From Azohydromonas lata NBRC 102462 (lineage in GTDB: Bacteria > Pseudomonadota > Gammaproteobacteria > Burkholderiales > Burkholderiaceae_C), in NCBI GenBank assembly GCA_945878385.1, contig CAMCTE010000001.1, positions 1 through 49,716 of the forward strand: a stretch of DNA of 49,716 nt. The letters run 5' to 3'. This document shows positions 9,470 to 18,919 of the stretch, one piece after another (position 1 is the first letter of the stretch; every line of letters begins with the position of its first letter). The notes below the pieces were generated by a model. The model worked only from the letters and a program-made list of their open reading frames with translations, was not told the origin of the DNA and made no database searches. A program made the position numbers and the translations under genes.

Positions 9470-10249
9470 TCACAGCCGGAAGTGCTCACCCAGGTACACC
9501 TTGCGCACCTGGGGGTTGGCCACAATTTCGTCGGGTGTGCCTTCGGCCAGCACGCGGCCTTCACTGACGATGTAGGCGCGGTCGCAGATGCCCAAGGTTT
9601 CGCGCACATTGTGGTCGGTGATGAGCACGCCGATGCCGCGGCCTTTGAGGAAGCTGATGATGCGCTGGATCTCCAGCACCGCGATGGGGTCTACACCGGC
9701 AAAGGGCTCATCGAGCAGGATGAAGCGCGGTTGCGTGGCCAGGGCGCGGGCAATTTCCACCCGGCGCCGTTCGCCGCCTGACAAGGCCGGCGCGGCCACA
9801 TGGCGGATGCGTTGGATGGACAAGTCGTCGAGCAGGCCGTTCAGACGCTGCTCGATGTCGGCCTCAGGCAGCGGTTTCCCATCGGGCCCGCGCTGCAGTT
9901 CCAGCACGGCACGGATGTTGTCCTCCACATTCAGGCGCCTGAAGATGGAGGCCTCCTGCGGCAGGTAGCTCAAGCCCAGGCGTGAACGCTGGTGGATCGG
10001 GCGGTCGTGCACCGCTTGCCCGTCGATGAGGATGGTGCCTGCGTCGGCGCGCACCAAGCCCACGACCATGTAGAAGGTGGTGGTTTTGCCCGCGCCGTTG
10101 GGGCCGAGGAGACCGACCACTTCCCCCGCGCACACGCGCAGATGCCCGCCGTCGACCACGGTGCGTGTGCCGTAGCGCTTGACCAGGCCACTGGCTTCCA
10201 GGCCCGCGCCTTCGGACGCGGGTGGCATCAGGCGCTCGGGGGCGTTCAT
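9470..10249 (-). CDS. lptB: LPS export ABC transporter ATP-binding protein LptB
   Basis: Walker [10 protein letters not shown], signature LSGGERRR and Walker B ILLDEP. Position between lptA and rpoN is conserved. Confidence 0.92.
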   Translation of the reverse strand: MNAPERLMPPASEGAGLEASGLVKRYGTRTVVDGGHLRVCAGEVVGLLGPNGAGKTTTFYMVVGLVRADAGTILIDGQAVHDRPIHQRSRLGLSYLPQEASIFRRLNVEDNIRAVLELQRGPDGKPLPEADIEQRLNGLLDDLSIQRIRHVAAPALSGGERRRVEIARALATQPRFILLDEPFAGVDPIAVLEIQRIISFLKGRGIGVLITDHNVRETLGICDRAYIVSEGRVLAEGTPDEIVANPQVRKVYLGEHFRL

Positions 10250-10869
10250 CGGCGCGGAGGCGTCGCTGGAGCCGGGGCGGCCACAGGCGCAGTGGGCTGC
10301 GGGGGCGGGGTGAACACACCCCGCACGCGGCCCGGGGTGCCATCAGCGGCCGCTGGAGCCGATGGCGCCACGCTGAAGAACTCGCGTGCGCCATTCCATA
10401 CGATGGTCTCGCCCTGCACCTCATCGGCCAGTTGGGTGCCCCGCAAGCGGCGCACCACGGCCTTGCCGCTCAAGCGGATAAGGGATTCGCGGCTGTCATA
10501 TTCGATGAGGGCGGCACGGCCTTCGACAAACTCGTCCACGCCTTCGCGTTTTTCGCGGAACTGGGCGGGCTGCTCGGGCAGGCCACGGGCCTGAGCGATG
10601 CGGTGACCATCGCCGACATCGGACACTTCCACCCGGTCAGCAAGGATGCGCAGGCTGCCTTGGCTGAGCACCACCCGCCCATTGAACACCACCACCCGGC
10701 GCACGAGGTCGACCGTGCTGCTTTGGTCGGCTTCGATGGAAAGGGGCTGCTGGCGGTCGGCCTTTTCGGCCTGTGCCCACCCGGGCCACGCCACACACAG
10801 GGCAGCCGCCGCAGTGAGCGCGGTGGCAGGCAGGCTGGGGAGGATGCGGGACAGGCGGCGTTGGATCAT
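10246..10869 (-). CDS. lptA: LPS transport periplasmic protein LptA
   Basis: Signal peptide ending WAQA, OstA-like body, and conserved position. The Pro/Ala-rich C-terminal tail overlaps the lptB start (ATGA). Confidence 0.8.
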   Translation of the reverse strand: MIQRRLSRILPSLPATALTAAAALCVAWPGWAQAEKADRQQPLSIEADQSSTVDLVRRVVVFNGRVVLSQGSLRILADRVEVSDVGDGHRIAQARGLPEQPAQFREKREGVDEFVEGRAALIEYDSRESLIRLSGKAVVRRLRGTQLADEVQGETIVWNGAREFFSVAPSAPAAADGTPGRVRGVFTPPPQPTAPVAAPAPATPPRR

Positions 10870-10915
10870 GCGCAGGAGATATCGGCCGAAGGCACGAAAC
10901 TTGCTGCGATTGATT

Positions 10916-11599
10916 CTAGCGGCGTGGCGGCGAGGGTGCAGACATTTTGGCCTTCACCGGCCCCTTCAGTTGCAAGACAGCACCAACCTGCTCATATTCA
11001 AAGCCCGCCGCGGCCTGCAGGGACAGGTCGCCCTGTAGCCACTGCACGGGCTCGGCGGTCCACGCGCGCCCGGCCTGAACATCCAAGTCCAGCACCTGGG
11101 TGCGGGCCTCGAAGGCGGGTTGCGAGGCAGTGGCTTCACGGCTGAGGCGCACATCCCCTTCCAGGCGAACCCGTTGTCCTTCCTGGGTGAGTACGGCCCG
11201 GTCGGCTTGGGCTCGCAGGGCACCTTCAGGGTGATCGGCCAACAGCCAGGCCGAATCGAGTTCCATCCGGTCGCCCACCGGGTAGTGGCGCAGTTCGCGG
11301 GCACGCACCCGCGCCATCAGGCTGCCGTCGCCCCGGTAGCGCACGAGTTCCACCTCCCCCAGGATGTAATCGGGCGCTTGGGGAGAAGGCTCGGCCGTGC
11401 GGGTGGTGGCGGGCGCCGGCGTGATGCGCACCAGCCACCAGGTGGCCGCGGCCAACAGCAGCATCAGCAGCAGGGGCAGATAAGTGGACAGCGCATCCCG
11501 CAGGCGAATGGACCAGTGCTCGGCCACAGAGCCCGCGCGCAGCGCCGGGGCAGACACGACCGTGCTGCCGGCTGGAGAAGGCGTGGCCGGGCTGCCCAC
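10916..11599 (-). CDS. lptC: LPS export system protein LptC
   Basis: Single N-terminal TM (YLPLLLMLLLAAATWWLV) followed by a periplasmic domain. It lies between kdsC and lptA. The start is uncertain. Confidence 0.7.
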   Translation of the reverse strand: MGSPATPSPAGSTVVSAPALRAGSVAEHWSIRLRDALSTYLPLLLMLLLAAATWWLVRITPAPATTRTAEPSPQAPDYILGEVELVRYRGDGSLMARVRARELRHYPVGDRMELDSAWLLADHPEGALRAQADRAVLTQEGQRVRLEGDVRLSREATASQPAFEARTQVLDLDVQAGRAWTAEPVQWLQGDLSLQAAAGFEYEQVGAVLQLKGPVKAKMSAPSPPRR

Positions 11600-11602
11600 G
11601 GC

Positions 11603-12205
11603 TCAGCGGGCATCCAGCGTGGTGAGGTGCCCATTGAGCAGGGCGCCGTAGCGGCCCTTGGCCATCAGCAGCAGGTCACAGCATTCACGCGCCGCGCCGG
11701 CTCCGGCGCTGGCCTGCGTCACATGGTGGGCGATGGCGCGCACTTCGGCGTGGGCGCCGGGCGGCACGCAGGCAAAGGCCACCCGGGTGAGCAGGGGCAG
11801 GTCGGGCCAGTCGTCGCCCATGGCCGCCGCATCGCCCCAATTCAGGCCCAACTGTTGCAGCACCCGCTGGGCCACCGCCTGCTTGTCTGACACGCCGTAG
11901 TGCGCATGGGCCAAGCCCAAATCCGCTACGCGGCGCCGCACGGCAGGGGAATCGCGCCCCGTGATGACCACCGGCGTGATGCCGCCTTGCGGGAGCAATT
12001 TCAGGCCGTGACCGTCCAAGGCATGGAAGGCCTTGACGGATTCCCCTTCGGCACCAATCCACAGGCGGCCGTCGGTGAGCACGCCGTCCACATCGAAGAA
12101 ACAGACCTTTAGGCCGATCTCGCCGCCGTCGGCCGAACCTTGGGCAGCCAGCAGCGTTTCGGCAGGGAAACGCAGGGCCGGGCTGAGGTGTCGGTTGCGG
12201 TCCAT
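11603..12205 (-). CDS. kdsC: 3-deoxy-D-manno-octulosonate 8-phosphate phosphatase (HAD family)
   Basis: HAD motif I FDVDGVLTDG and conserved position after kdsD. The N-terminal start is uncertain. Confidence 0.85.
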   Translation of the reverse strand: MDRNRHLSPALRFPAETLLAAQGSADGGEIGLKVCFFDVDGVLTDGRLWIGAEGESVKAFHALDGHGLKLLPQGGITPVVITGRDSPAVRRRVADLGLAHAHYGVSDKQAVAQRVLQQLGLNWGDAAAMGDDWPDLPLLTRVAFACVPPGAHAEVRAIAHHVTQASAGAGAARECCDLLLMAKGRYGALLNGHLTTLDAR

Positions 12206-13254
12206 CAGATGACCTTGGCCTGCATCAGGTCGTTGGTGTTGAGCGCACCGACGATGCGCGCATCGGCATCCACCACCAGCACACTGGTGATGCGGTGGGC
12301 TTCCATGAGGTCGGCGGCCTCCACCGCCAGCGCGTCGTCGCGCACCTGGCGGGGGTTGGGGCGCATCACATCGGCCGCCGAGAGCGCCAGCAATTCCCGA
12401 CCCTGATGACCGGCTTCGATGAGGCGGCGCAGGTCACCATCGGTGAAGATGCCCAAGGCGCGCCCGTGCCCATCGGCCACCACGGCAAAGCCCAGGCCCT
12501 TGTTGCTCATGGTGCGCAGCAGGTCGCTGAAGGTGGTGTCGGCCTTCACCAGGGGCAATGAATCGCCCTGGCGCATGAGGTCGCGCACATGCATCAGCAG
12601 CTTGCGGCCCAGAGACCCGCCGGGGTGAGAACGCGCGAAGTCTTCGGGCCTGAAGCCGCGGGCGTCCAGCAAGGCCACGGCCAGCGCGTCGCCCAAGGCC
12701 ATCTGCACCGTGGTGCTGGCCGTGGGCGCCAAGTTCAAGGGGCAGGCTTCCTGTTCGACCGCACAACTGAGCACTTCGTCGGCATGCTGGGCCAGGGTGG
12801 AATCGGCGCGGCCGGTGATGGCCAGCAGCGGCACCATCAGGCGCTTGAGCACCGGCAGGATGACGTTGAGCTCGTCGCTTTCGCCGGAATTGCTGATGGC
12901 CAGCACCACATCCTGTGGGGTGACCATGCCCAGGTCCCCGTGGCTGGCTTCGGCCGGGTGCACGAACATCGACGGCGTGCCGGTGGAGGCCAGGGTGGCG
13001 GCAATCTTGCGCCCCACATGGCCACTTTTGCCCATGCCCATGACCACCACACGGCCGCGGCAGTGCAAGACCAGCTGCACCGCGCGGGCGAAGGACTCGC
13101 CCAGCAAGACCTTGACGCCCAGCAGCGCCTGGGCCTCGATGTCCAAGGTGCGGCGGGCCAGTTCGAGGGCGCGTTCAGAGTTCATGGTGTGGTGTTTGGG
13201 CAGGCTGCGCCCCACATGCCCTTGGCTCACCGGGGCGGGCGCGGCTACGGCCAT
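12205..13254 (-). CDS. kdsD: Arabinose-5-phosphate isomerase (SIS + tandem CBS)
   Basis: SIS motif GMGKSGHVGRKIAATLASTGTP and C-terminal CBS pair. An alternative ATG at 13185 would leave a more realistic 105-bp divergent promoter region. Confidence 0.9.
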   Translation of the reverse strand: MAVAAPAPVSQGHVGRSLPKHHTMNSERALELARRTLDIEAQALLGVKVLLGESFARAVQLVLHCRGRVVVMGMGKSGHVGRKIAATLASTGTPSMFVHPAEASHGDLGMVTPQDVVLAISNSGESDELNVILPVLKRLMVPLLAITGRADSTLAQHADEVLSCAVEQEACPLNLAPTASTTVQMALGDALAVALLDARGFRPEDFARSHPGGSLGRKLLMHVRDLMRQGDSLPLVKADTTFSDLLRTMSNKGLGFAVVADGHGRALGIFTDGDLRRLIEAGHQGRELLALSAADVMRPNPRQVRDDALAVEAADLMEAHRITSVLVVDADARIVGALNTNDLMQAKVI

Positions 13255-13290
13255 ACTAGTGCATGACGCCGTTCAAGGAATTTTAGGCAC

Positions 13291-15294
13291 TTGGCCACCT
13301 CACTGGATCTTGCCCTGCTGTACCTGCTGGCCGCCGTGGTTGGGGTGGTGGGCTTTCGGCTGCTCAAACTGCCGCCGATGTTGGGCTATCTGTCGGTGGG
13401 GGTGTTGATCGGCCCCCATGCGCTGGGCCTGGCGGCCGACTCGGCCAGCATCAAGTACCTGGCTGAATTCGGCGTGGTGTTCCTGATGTTCGTGATCGGG
13501 CTGGAATTCAACCTGCCCAAGCTGCGCAGCATGCGCACGCTGGTGTTCGGGCTGGGGCTTTCGCAGGTGATGCTGACGATCGCGGGGGCATTGGCCGGCA
13601 ATGTGCTGTTGGCGTGGCTGTTCGTCACCTTTGGTGAAGGCTGGGACCTGGACTGGCGCGGCGCGGTGGTGCTGGGCGGCGCCATGGCCATGAGCAGCAC
13701 GGCCATCGTGGTCAAGCTGATGGCCGAGCGGCTGGAAATGGAGTCCGAGCACGGCAAGCGCGTGATGGGCGTGCTGTTGTTCCAGGACTTGGCGGTGGTG
13801 CCCCTGCTGGTGCTGATACCGGCCATGGGTGCAGGCTCCAGTGCCAACGGGCTGATGGTGTCGATGGGCCTGGCTCTGCTGAAGGCCGCGGTGGTGTTGG
13901 CCCTGCTGCTGGCCGGTGGGCAGAAGGTGATGCGCTGGTGGCTGACCCTGGTGGCGCGGCGCAAGAGCGAAGAGCTGTTCGTTCTGAACCTGCTGCTGGT
14001 GACGCTGGGACTGGCCTGGTTGACCGAGCACGCGGGGCTGTCGCTGGCGCTGGGCGCCTTCCTGGCCGGCATGCTGATTGCCGAGACCGAATACAAGCAC
14101 CAGGTGGAGACCGACATCCGGCCCTTCCACGATGTGCTGCTGGGCCTTTTCTTCATCACCATCGGCATGAAGCTCGATTGGCGGCCCATCTTGGAGCAGT
14201 GGGGCCTGGTGTTGCTGTTGACGCTGGGGCCGGTGGTGGCCAAGGCGGTGCTGGTGACGGCGCTGGCGCGGGTGTTTCGCGCGCCCACCGGTGTGGCGCT
14301 GCGCACGGGGCTTTATTTGGCGCAAGCCGGCGAATTCGGCTTCGTGCTGCTGACGCTGGGGGCCGAACAACAGTTGATCGACCCGCAGTGGGTGAGCCCG
14401 GTACTGGCCTCGATGGTGTTGTCGATGCTGGCAACGCCCTTCCTGATTCTGTACAGCAACGCCATCGTGGCGCGGCTGGTGGCCAGCGACTGGCTGATGC
14501 AGTCGGTTCAGCTGACATCCATCGCGAAGAAGAGCATGCGCACCGAGGCGCACATCATCATTGCCGGTTATGGGCGCAGCGGGCAGAACCTGGCGCGCAT
14601 TCTGGAGCGCGAAACCATTCCGTACATGGCCCTGGACCTGGACCCCGACCGCGTGCGGCAGGCCGCGGCGGCCGGACAAAGCGTGGTGTTCGGGGATGCC
14701 GCGCGACTGCAAAGCCTGATGGCCGCGGGCCTGGCGCGGGCCAGCGCGGTGGTGGTGAGCTACCACGACACTCCTTCGGCCATGAAGATTTTGCAGCTGG
14801 TGCGCGAACACGCGCCCAAGGTGCCCGTGCTGGTGCGCACGATAGACGACACCGATTTGGAAAAGCTGCGCGCCGCGGGGGCCACCGAGGTGGTGCCCGA
14901 AGCCATCGAGGGATCGCTGATGCTGGCTTCCCACGCCCTGGCCCTGGTGGGGGTGCCCATGCGGCGGGTGATCCGCATGACGCGCGATGCGCGCGATGCG
15001 CGCTATGGGCTGTTGCGCGGCTACTTCCATGGGGCCGATGACGACACGGTGGAGGAGTTGCACCAGGCACGGCTGCTGACGGTGGGCCTGCCGCCCGCTT
15101 CCGCCGTGATCGGACAGCGGTTGGGCGACCTGGCCTTGCACGCCATGGGGGTGGAAGTGGTGTCGGTGCGGCACGGTGGGGGGTCGGTGCAACGCCCGGA
15201 CGACGCACTGGTGCTGCAGGCCGACGACACGCTGGTGCTGTCGGGCGTGCCGGAGGCCCTGGCGCTGGCCGAAGCGAAATTGCTAAAGGGTTAA
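13291..15294 (+). CDS. CPA2-family monovalent cation:proton antiporter with RCK (TrkA-N/TrkA-C) domains (KefB/YbaL-like)
   Basis: 667-aa ORF with a polytopic N-terminal half, the Rossmann-like IIAGYGRSGQNLARIL motif and a C-terminal TrkA-C-like segment. The start is TTG, with AAGGA 11 nt upstream. Confidence 0.85.
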   Translation: MATSLDLALLYLLAAVVGVVGFRLLKLPPMLGYLSVGVLIGPHALGLAADSASIKYLAEFGVVFLMFVIGLEFNLPKLRSMRTLVFGLGLSQVMLTIAGALAGNVLLAWLFVTFGEGWDLDWRGAVVLGGAMAMSSTAIVVKLMAERLEMESEHGKRVMGVLLFQDLAVVPLLVLIPAMGAGSSANGLMVSMGLALLKAAVVLALLLAGGQKVMRWWLTLVARRKSEELFVLNLLLVTLGLAWLTEHAGLSLALGAFLAGMLIAETEYKHQVETDIRPFHDVLLGLFFITIGMKLDWRPILEQWGLVLLLTLGPVVAKAVLVTALARVFRAPTGVALRTGLYLAQAGEFGFVLLTLGAEQQLIDPQWVSPVLASMVLSMLATPFLILYSNAIVARLVASDWLMQSVQLTSIAKKSMRTEAHIIIAGYGRSGQNLARILERETIPYMALDLDPDRVRQAAAAGQSVVFGDAARLQSLMAAGLARASAVVVSYHDTPSAMKILQLVREHAPKVPVLVRTIDDTDLEKLRAAGATEVVPEAIEGSLMLASHALALVGVPMRRVIRMTRDARDARYGLLRGYFHGADDDTVEELHQARLLTVGLPPASAVIGQRLGDLALHAMGVEVVSVRHGGGSVQRPDDALVLQADDTLVLSGVPEALALAEAKLLKG

Positions 15295-15333
15295 CCCCGG
15301 CACGCCGCCAAGCAACGCACCCATAGGGGCCGG

Positions 15334-15358
15334 TTTGTTGGGCGCAACCAACAAATTT
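15334..15358 (+). terminator. Hairpin TTTGTTGG-GCGCAA-CCAACAAA followed by TTT, downstream of the antiporter gene
   Basis: 8-bp perfect stem and 6-nt loop read directly from the sequence. The stem is AT-rich and the T-tract is short. Confidence 0.35.
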
Positions 15359-15443
15359 CCATCCGAAGTGCCACTCCTTAGGTGTGGTCCATGTCAATGT
15401 TGTGAATACTCAATCCATTGTTCACAGCATCAACGGACACCGC

Positions 15444-18404
15444 GTGAAAACTCTACGATTGACCGCCATTGCCACGGCCTCTGCCGTGGTTTGTTCCTTC
15501 GCAGCCGCCCAAACCGCTCCCTCGACGGAGAAGGTAGAGGTGACGGGTTCGCTGATCAAGCGCACCGACCGCGAGACGCCTTCCGTGGTGGAAGTGATCA
15601 CCAAGGAAGACATCCGGTCCTCGGGCTACGCGACGGTGGAGGAATTCCTCAAGTCCAAGTCCTATGTGGACAACTCGTCGATCCAGGACGGCTTTGGCAC
15701 CGGTTTCGTCAGCGGCATCTCCACCTATTCGCTGCGCGGCTTCGGCTCGCAAGGCACCCTGGTGCTGATCAACGGACGGCGCATTGCGCCAGTGGCAGCG
15801 GTGGACATCAACTTTGGCCGCGGTTCGCTGATCAGCGTGAATTCGCTGCCGCAGGGGGCCATTGACCGAATTGAGGTTCTCAAGGACGGCGCCTCGGCCC
15901 TGTACGGTTCAGACGCCATGGCCGGCGTGGTGAACTATGTGCTCAAGCGCGAATACCAGGGCCTGGAGGCCTCCACCACCTACAGTGCCAACGACAAGCG
16001 CGTGGGCCCGACCAAGTCGGCCAATGTGACCTTTGGCTTTGGCGGCCTGGATTCCAAGGGGTTCAACATCTTCGGTGGCCTCGAAGTGGCCAGCCGCGGC
16101 AATGTGTACCTGTCGGCACTGACCGCCCGCGGCCGCTTCAAGGACTTCCAGAGCTACCTGACCACCTCGGCCGGCAGCCTGGAGCGCTTCTCGCCGAGCT
16201 CGGTCAATTCGCTCTATGGCAACTACTACGCCCTGCCAACCGCCTACCCAGCCACCCGCACCCTGCCCAACGGTGAAGTGGTTTCCGGCAGCAGCTCTTC
16301 AGGCCCGCTGTTCCTGGGCGCGCTGTCGGGTTGCCCGACCGACCGCACGGTGGGCCAGGGCGTGCCCAACCGGCTGCCCGGCTTCCTGACCACCACGCCC
16401 TCCATGCCCAACGGCATGTGCCGCTACACCACGGACAACGACCTCGAATACATCGCTGGACAAGACCGCCTGAACGGCTCCCTGCGCGGCACCATGGCCC
16501 TGGGCAAAGACTGGACTGCCTACGCCGATGTGATGCTGTCCAAGACCAAAACGGTTGAGAACTTCTCGCCCTACGCCCTGACCGCCACCGTGTTCACCGC
16601 TGGAACGGCCGGCCGCGCCGTGACCTGGCCGCTGATCAATGGCACCTTCCTGGCCCAAAGCGCCATCGTGCTGCCGGCCACGCACCCGGACAACCCGACG
16701 CGCGGCACGGCCAACGCCCAGGCCGTGCAACTGCTGTATCGCTTCGAGGACATCCCGCAGCAGGCCATCTCCGACCTCCAATCCACGCGCTTTACCGCTG
16801 GGGCCATCGGTACCTGGGGCGCGTGGGACATTGACGCCGCCTTGGTGTACAGCAAGATGGAAAACAGCTCCATCCGCACCAACCGGATGCTGTCTTCTGG
16901 CCTGACGGCAGCCATCGGCCCCAATGGCAGCGCTTACCGCTTCGGCAAGATCAACACGCCCGAAGCCATCTCCACCCTGGTGGCTGATGCGACTGTGAAG
17001 GGCTCGTCGTCGATCCTGTCGACCGATGTCCGCGCCTCTCGCGACCTGTTCAAGATGGCCGGTGGCAACGCAGCCGTGGCCGTGGGTGCCGAGTTCCGCC
17101 GCGAAGAGCTGTCTTCCATACCGGACGACAACTACCAGAAGGGCAACTACATCGGACTGGTGGCCAACGGTACATCAGGCTCGCGCGACTCCAAGGCTGC
17201 GTTCGCCGAGTTCCGCTTGCCGGTGATGAAGAACCTGGAAGGCCAACTGGCTGCGCGCACCGAGTCGTATTCCGACTTCGGCAGCGCCACCACCGGCAAG
17301 GCCGGCTTCAAGTGGGACCCGATCAAGTCCACGCTGTCGATCCGCGGCACCCTGGCCTCGGGCTTCCGGGCACCTTCGATTTCGCAGATCAGCAACTCCT
17401 ACCTGGTGTCCTTCCACAACAACCAGGAACAGCGCGTCTTTGACCCGATCCGCTGCAACTCCAGCAACCCGGCCAACCCGGTGAGCCTGGCCGGCACGAC
17501 CTCGCCGTTTGCGGCACGCGACTGCAACGTGCTGGGCTTCTCAGCCGTGGGCGCAGGCCAAAACGCGGGCAACCTGCCCACGGTCATCAGCGCCAATCCG
17601 AACCTCAAGCCCGAGACCTCGCGCTCGGCCACCTTCGGCTTCATCCTGTCGCCCACCAAGAGCGTGGACCTGTCGATGGACTACTGGCAGTTCGAACGCA
17701 ACAATGAGATCCGGGTGCAGCGCGGCCTGGACATCATGAATGCGTACATCGCCAACCAGTCGGCCAACGCATCCTTGATTCTGCGTGACCCCAACCAGTC
17801 CACCTGGCTGCCGGGCGTGGCCAACAGCGGCCCGATCCTGGCTCTGGTGCGGCAGTACGGCAATTTCAACTTCACGGCCACCAACGGCGTGGACTACGAC
17901 CTGAGCTGGCGTCTGCTGGAAGAAGGCACCAACCGGGTGACGGCCACCTTCGCCGGTACACGCACCTTCAAATACGACCAACAGGTGCTGTCGGGTACCG
18001 AACCCAGCCGCCTGGTGAACACCGCCATCGTGCAGGAAGCGCCCAAGAACCGCTACAACATGCGGGTGGAGTGGAGGGGTGAGAAGTGGACCAGCTGGGG
18101 CCGGGTGAACCACATCGACTCGATGCGGGTGAGCTCGACCTCGTTGTGCGAGACCTCCACCTCCACCGTGTACGTACCGCTTCGCGCAGAAGGCCTGTGC
18201 CTGTTGGGTGCCGAGCGCACCTTCGACCTGGGGATGAGCTACCGCGGCATCAAGAGCCTGGTGCTGGCCGGCAGCGTGCTGAATGTGGGCAATTCGTACA
18301 GCCGCTCGGTGGGCATCCCCAACATCTTCACTTACTGGGACCTGGGCACGCCGGGCATGTTGGGCCGTCGCTTCTCGCTGACCGCGAGCTACGACTTCAA
18401 GTAA
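15444..18404 (+). CDS. TonB-dependent outer-membrane receptor (about 986 aa)
   Basis: A GTG at 15444 gives the signal peptide VKTLRLTAIATASAVVCSFAAAQ. A plug domain follows (EKVEVTGSLIKR ... SLRGFGSQGTLVLINGRRIA), then a long beta-barrel region. The longest ORF starts at 15384. Confidence 0.85.
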   Translation: MKTLRLTAIATASAVVCSFAAAQTAPSTEKVEVTGSLIKRTDRETPSVVEVITKEDIRSSGYATVEEFLKSKSYVDNSSIQDGFGTGFVSGISTYSLRGFGSQGTLVLINGRRIAPVAAVDINFGRGSLISVNSLPQGAIDRIEVLKDGASALYGSDAMAGVVNYVLKREYQGLEASTTYSANDKRVGPTKSANVTFGFGGLDSKGFNIFGGLEVASRGNVYLSALTARGRFKDFQSYLTTSAGSLERFSPSSVNSLYGNYYALPTAYPATRTLPNGEVVSGSSSSGPLFLGALSGCPTDRTVGQGVPNRLPGFLTTTPSMPNGMCRYTTDNDLEYIAGQDRLNGSLRGTMALGKDWTAYADVMLSKTKTVENFSPYALTATVFTAGTAGRAVTWPLINGTFLAQSAIVLPATHPDNPTRGTANAQAVQLLYRFEDIPQQAISDLQSTRFTAGAIGTWGAWDIDAALVYSKMENSSIRTNRMLSSGLTAAIGPNGSAYRFGKINTPEAISTLVADATVKGSSSILSTDVRASRDLFKMAGGNAAVAVGAEFRREELSSIPDDNYQKGNYIGLVANGTSGSRDSKAAFAEFRLPVMKNLEGQLAARTESYSDFGSATTGKAGFKWDPIKSTLSIRGTLASGFRAPSISQISNSYLVSFHNNQEQRVFDPIRCNSSNPANPVSLAGTTSPFAARDCNVLGFSAVGAGQNAGNLPTVISANPNLKPETSRSATFGFILSPTKSVDLSMDYWQFERNNEIRVQRGLDIMNAYIANQSANASLILRDPNQSTWLPGVANSGPILALVRQYGNFNFTATNGVDYDLSWRLLEEGTNRVTATFAGTRTFKYDQQVLSGTEPSRLVNTAIVQEAPKNRYNMRVEWRGEKWTSWGRVNHIDSMRVSSTSLCETSTSTVYVPLRAEGLCLLGAERTFDLGMSYRGIKSLVLAGSVLNVGNSYSRSVGIPNIFTYWDLGTPGMLGRRFSLTASYDFK

Positions 18405-18454
18405 GCCCGCATCACGCCATGGGCTGCGGCCCGTGGTGACTTGATCGCCTTGCA

Positions 18455-18484
18455 CGGGCGCACACCCCACAGGTTGTGCGCCCG
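18455..18484. terminator. Bidirectional hairpin between the convergent TBDR and DUF3297 genes
   Basis: CGGGCGCACA / TGTGCGCCCG form a 10-bp perfect stem with a 10-nt loop. It is the only strong structure in the 87-bp convergent gap. Confidence 0.5.
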
Positions 18485-18491
18485 ATTCATT

Positions 18492-18734
18492 TCAGCGCAG
18501 GTAAACCTCCACCACGCCCTTGAGCTTGATGAGCAGGGGCCGCCCATGGCGGTCAACGGTCTTGCCGGAGGGCACCTTCACCCAGCCTTCACTGATGCAG
18601 TATTCCTCGACATCGAAGCGCTCCTTGCCGTTGAGGCGGATGCCGATGTCGTGCTGCATCAGTTCGCGCACATGGTGCGGGCTGCGGGGGTCGGTGGACA
18701 GGCGGTCGGGCAGGGTGGGGGTGGGTTCGCTCAT
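18492..18734 (-). CDS. DUF3297 family protein
   Basis: 80 aa from the ATG at 18734. DRLSTDPRSPHH ... IGIRLNGKERFDVEEYCISEGWVKV matches my recollection of DUF3297. Confidence 0.7.
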   Translation of the reverse strand: MSEPTPTLPDRLSTDPRSPHHVRELMQHDIGIRLNGKERFDVEEYCISEGWVKVPSGKTVDRHGRPLLIKLKGVVEVYLR

Positions 18735-18919
18735 GGTGGGATTGTCGCGCTGAGTTCGGCGCACCTCGGCGAAACAGTCTGACTACAAACCAAAGGGCTG
18801 TTCGAACCCCAGGACCAGCCCCACCTGCTGTAGATTCGGTGCCCAGCACCGAAACCCCGATCGACCGGCTGTAGGCCGGCGGTCTCAACACACGCCGCCC
18901 ACAGGCGGTTGCCCATCCC

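Noticed and set aside
7766-9781. 671-aa plus-strand ORF covering rpoN and part of lptB in antisense
   Set aside because: It lies opposite two genes with unmistakable motifs. The translation is Arg/Gly/Ala/His-rich low complexity with no recognisable domain, which is typical of a shadow ORF in high-GC DNA.
13300-15192. 630-aa minus-strand ORF antisense to the CPA2 antiporter gene. Similar cases are 6440..7729 (+), 29441..31321 (-), 34470..36692 (-), 1087..2496 (-) and 1619..3196 (-).
   Set aside because: All lie opposite well-supported genes (rlmL-like, gyrB, RND permease, fadD/mtnN/rsmE). Their compositions are His/Arg/Gln/Gly-rich and stop-poor, as expected from GC3-rich antisense frames. 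No motifs were recognised.
15401-15426. CRP/FNR-type site interpretation of TGTGA...TCACA upstream of the receptor gene
   Set aside because: The spacing between the half sites is 16 nt rather than the 6 nt of CRP-type sites (or the FNR TTGAT-N4-ATCAA pattern). It is kept only as a generic inverted repeat in the findings.
15384-15443. 20-codon N-terminal extension of the TonB-dependent receptor ORF
   Set aside because: The extension (MVHVNVVNTQSIVHSINGHR) precedes a complete signal peptide that begins at the GTG at 15444, and it overlaps the inverted-repeat leader. The extension is unlikely to be translated, but the start remains uncertain.
18795-18815. tRNA T-loop-like string GTTCGAACCCC in the DUF3297/FAH intergenic region
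   Set aside because: I could not build a T-arm stem, an anticodon arm or an acceptor stem on either strand around it. It is most likely a chance match.
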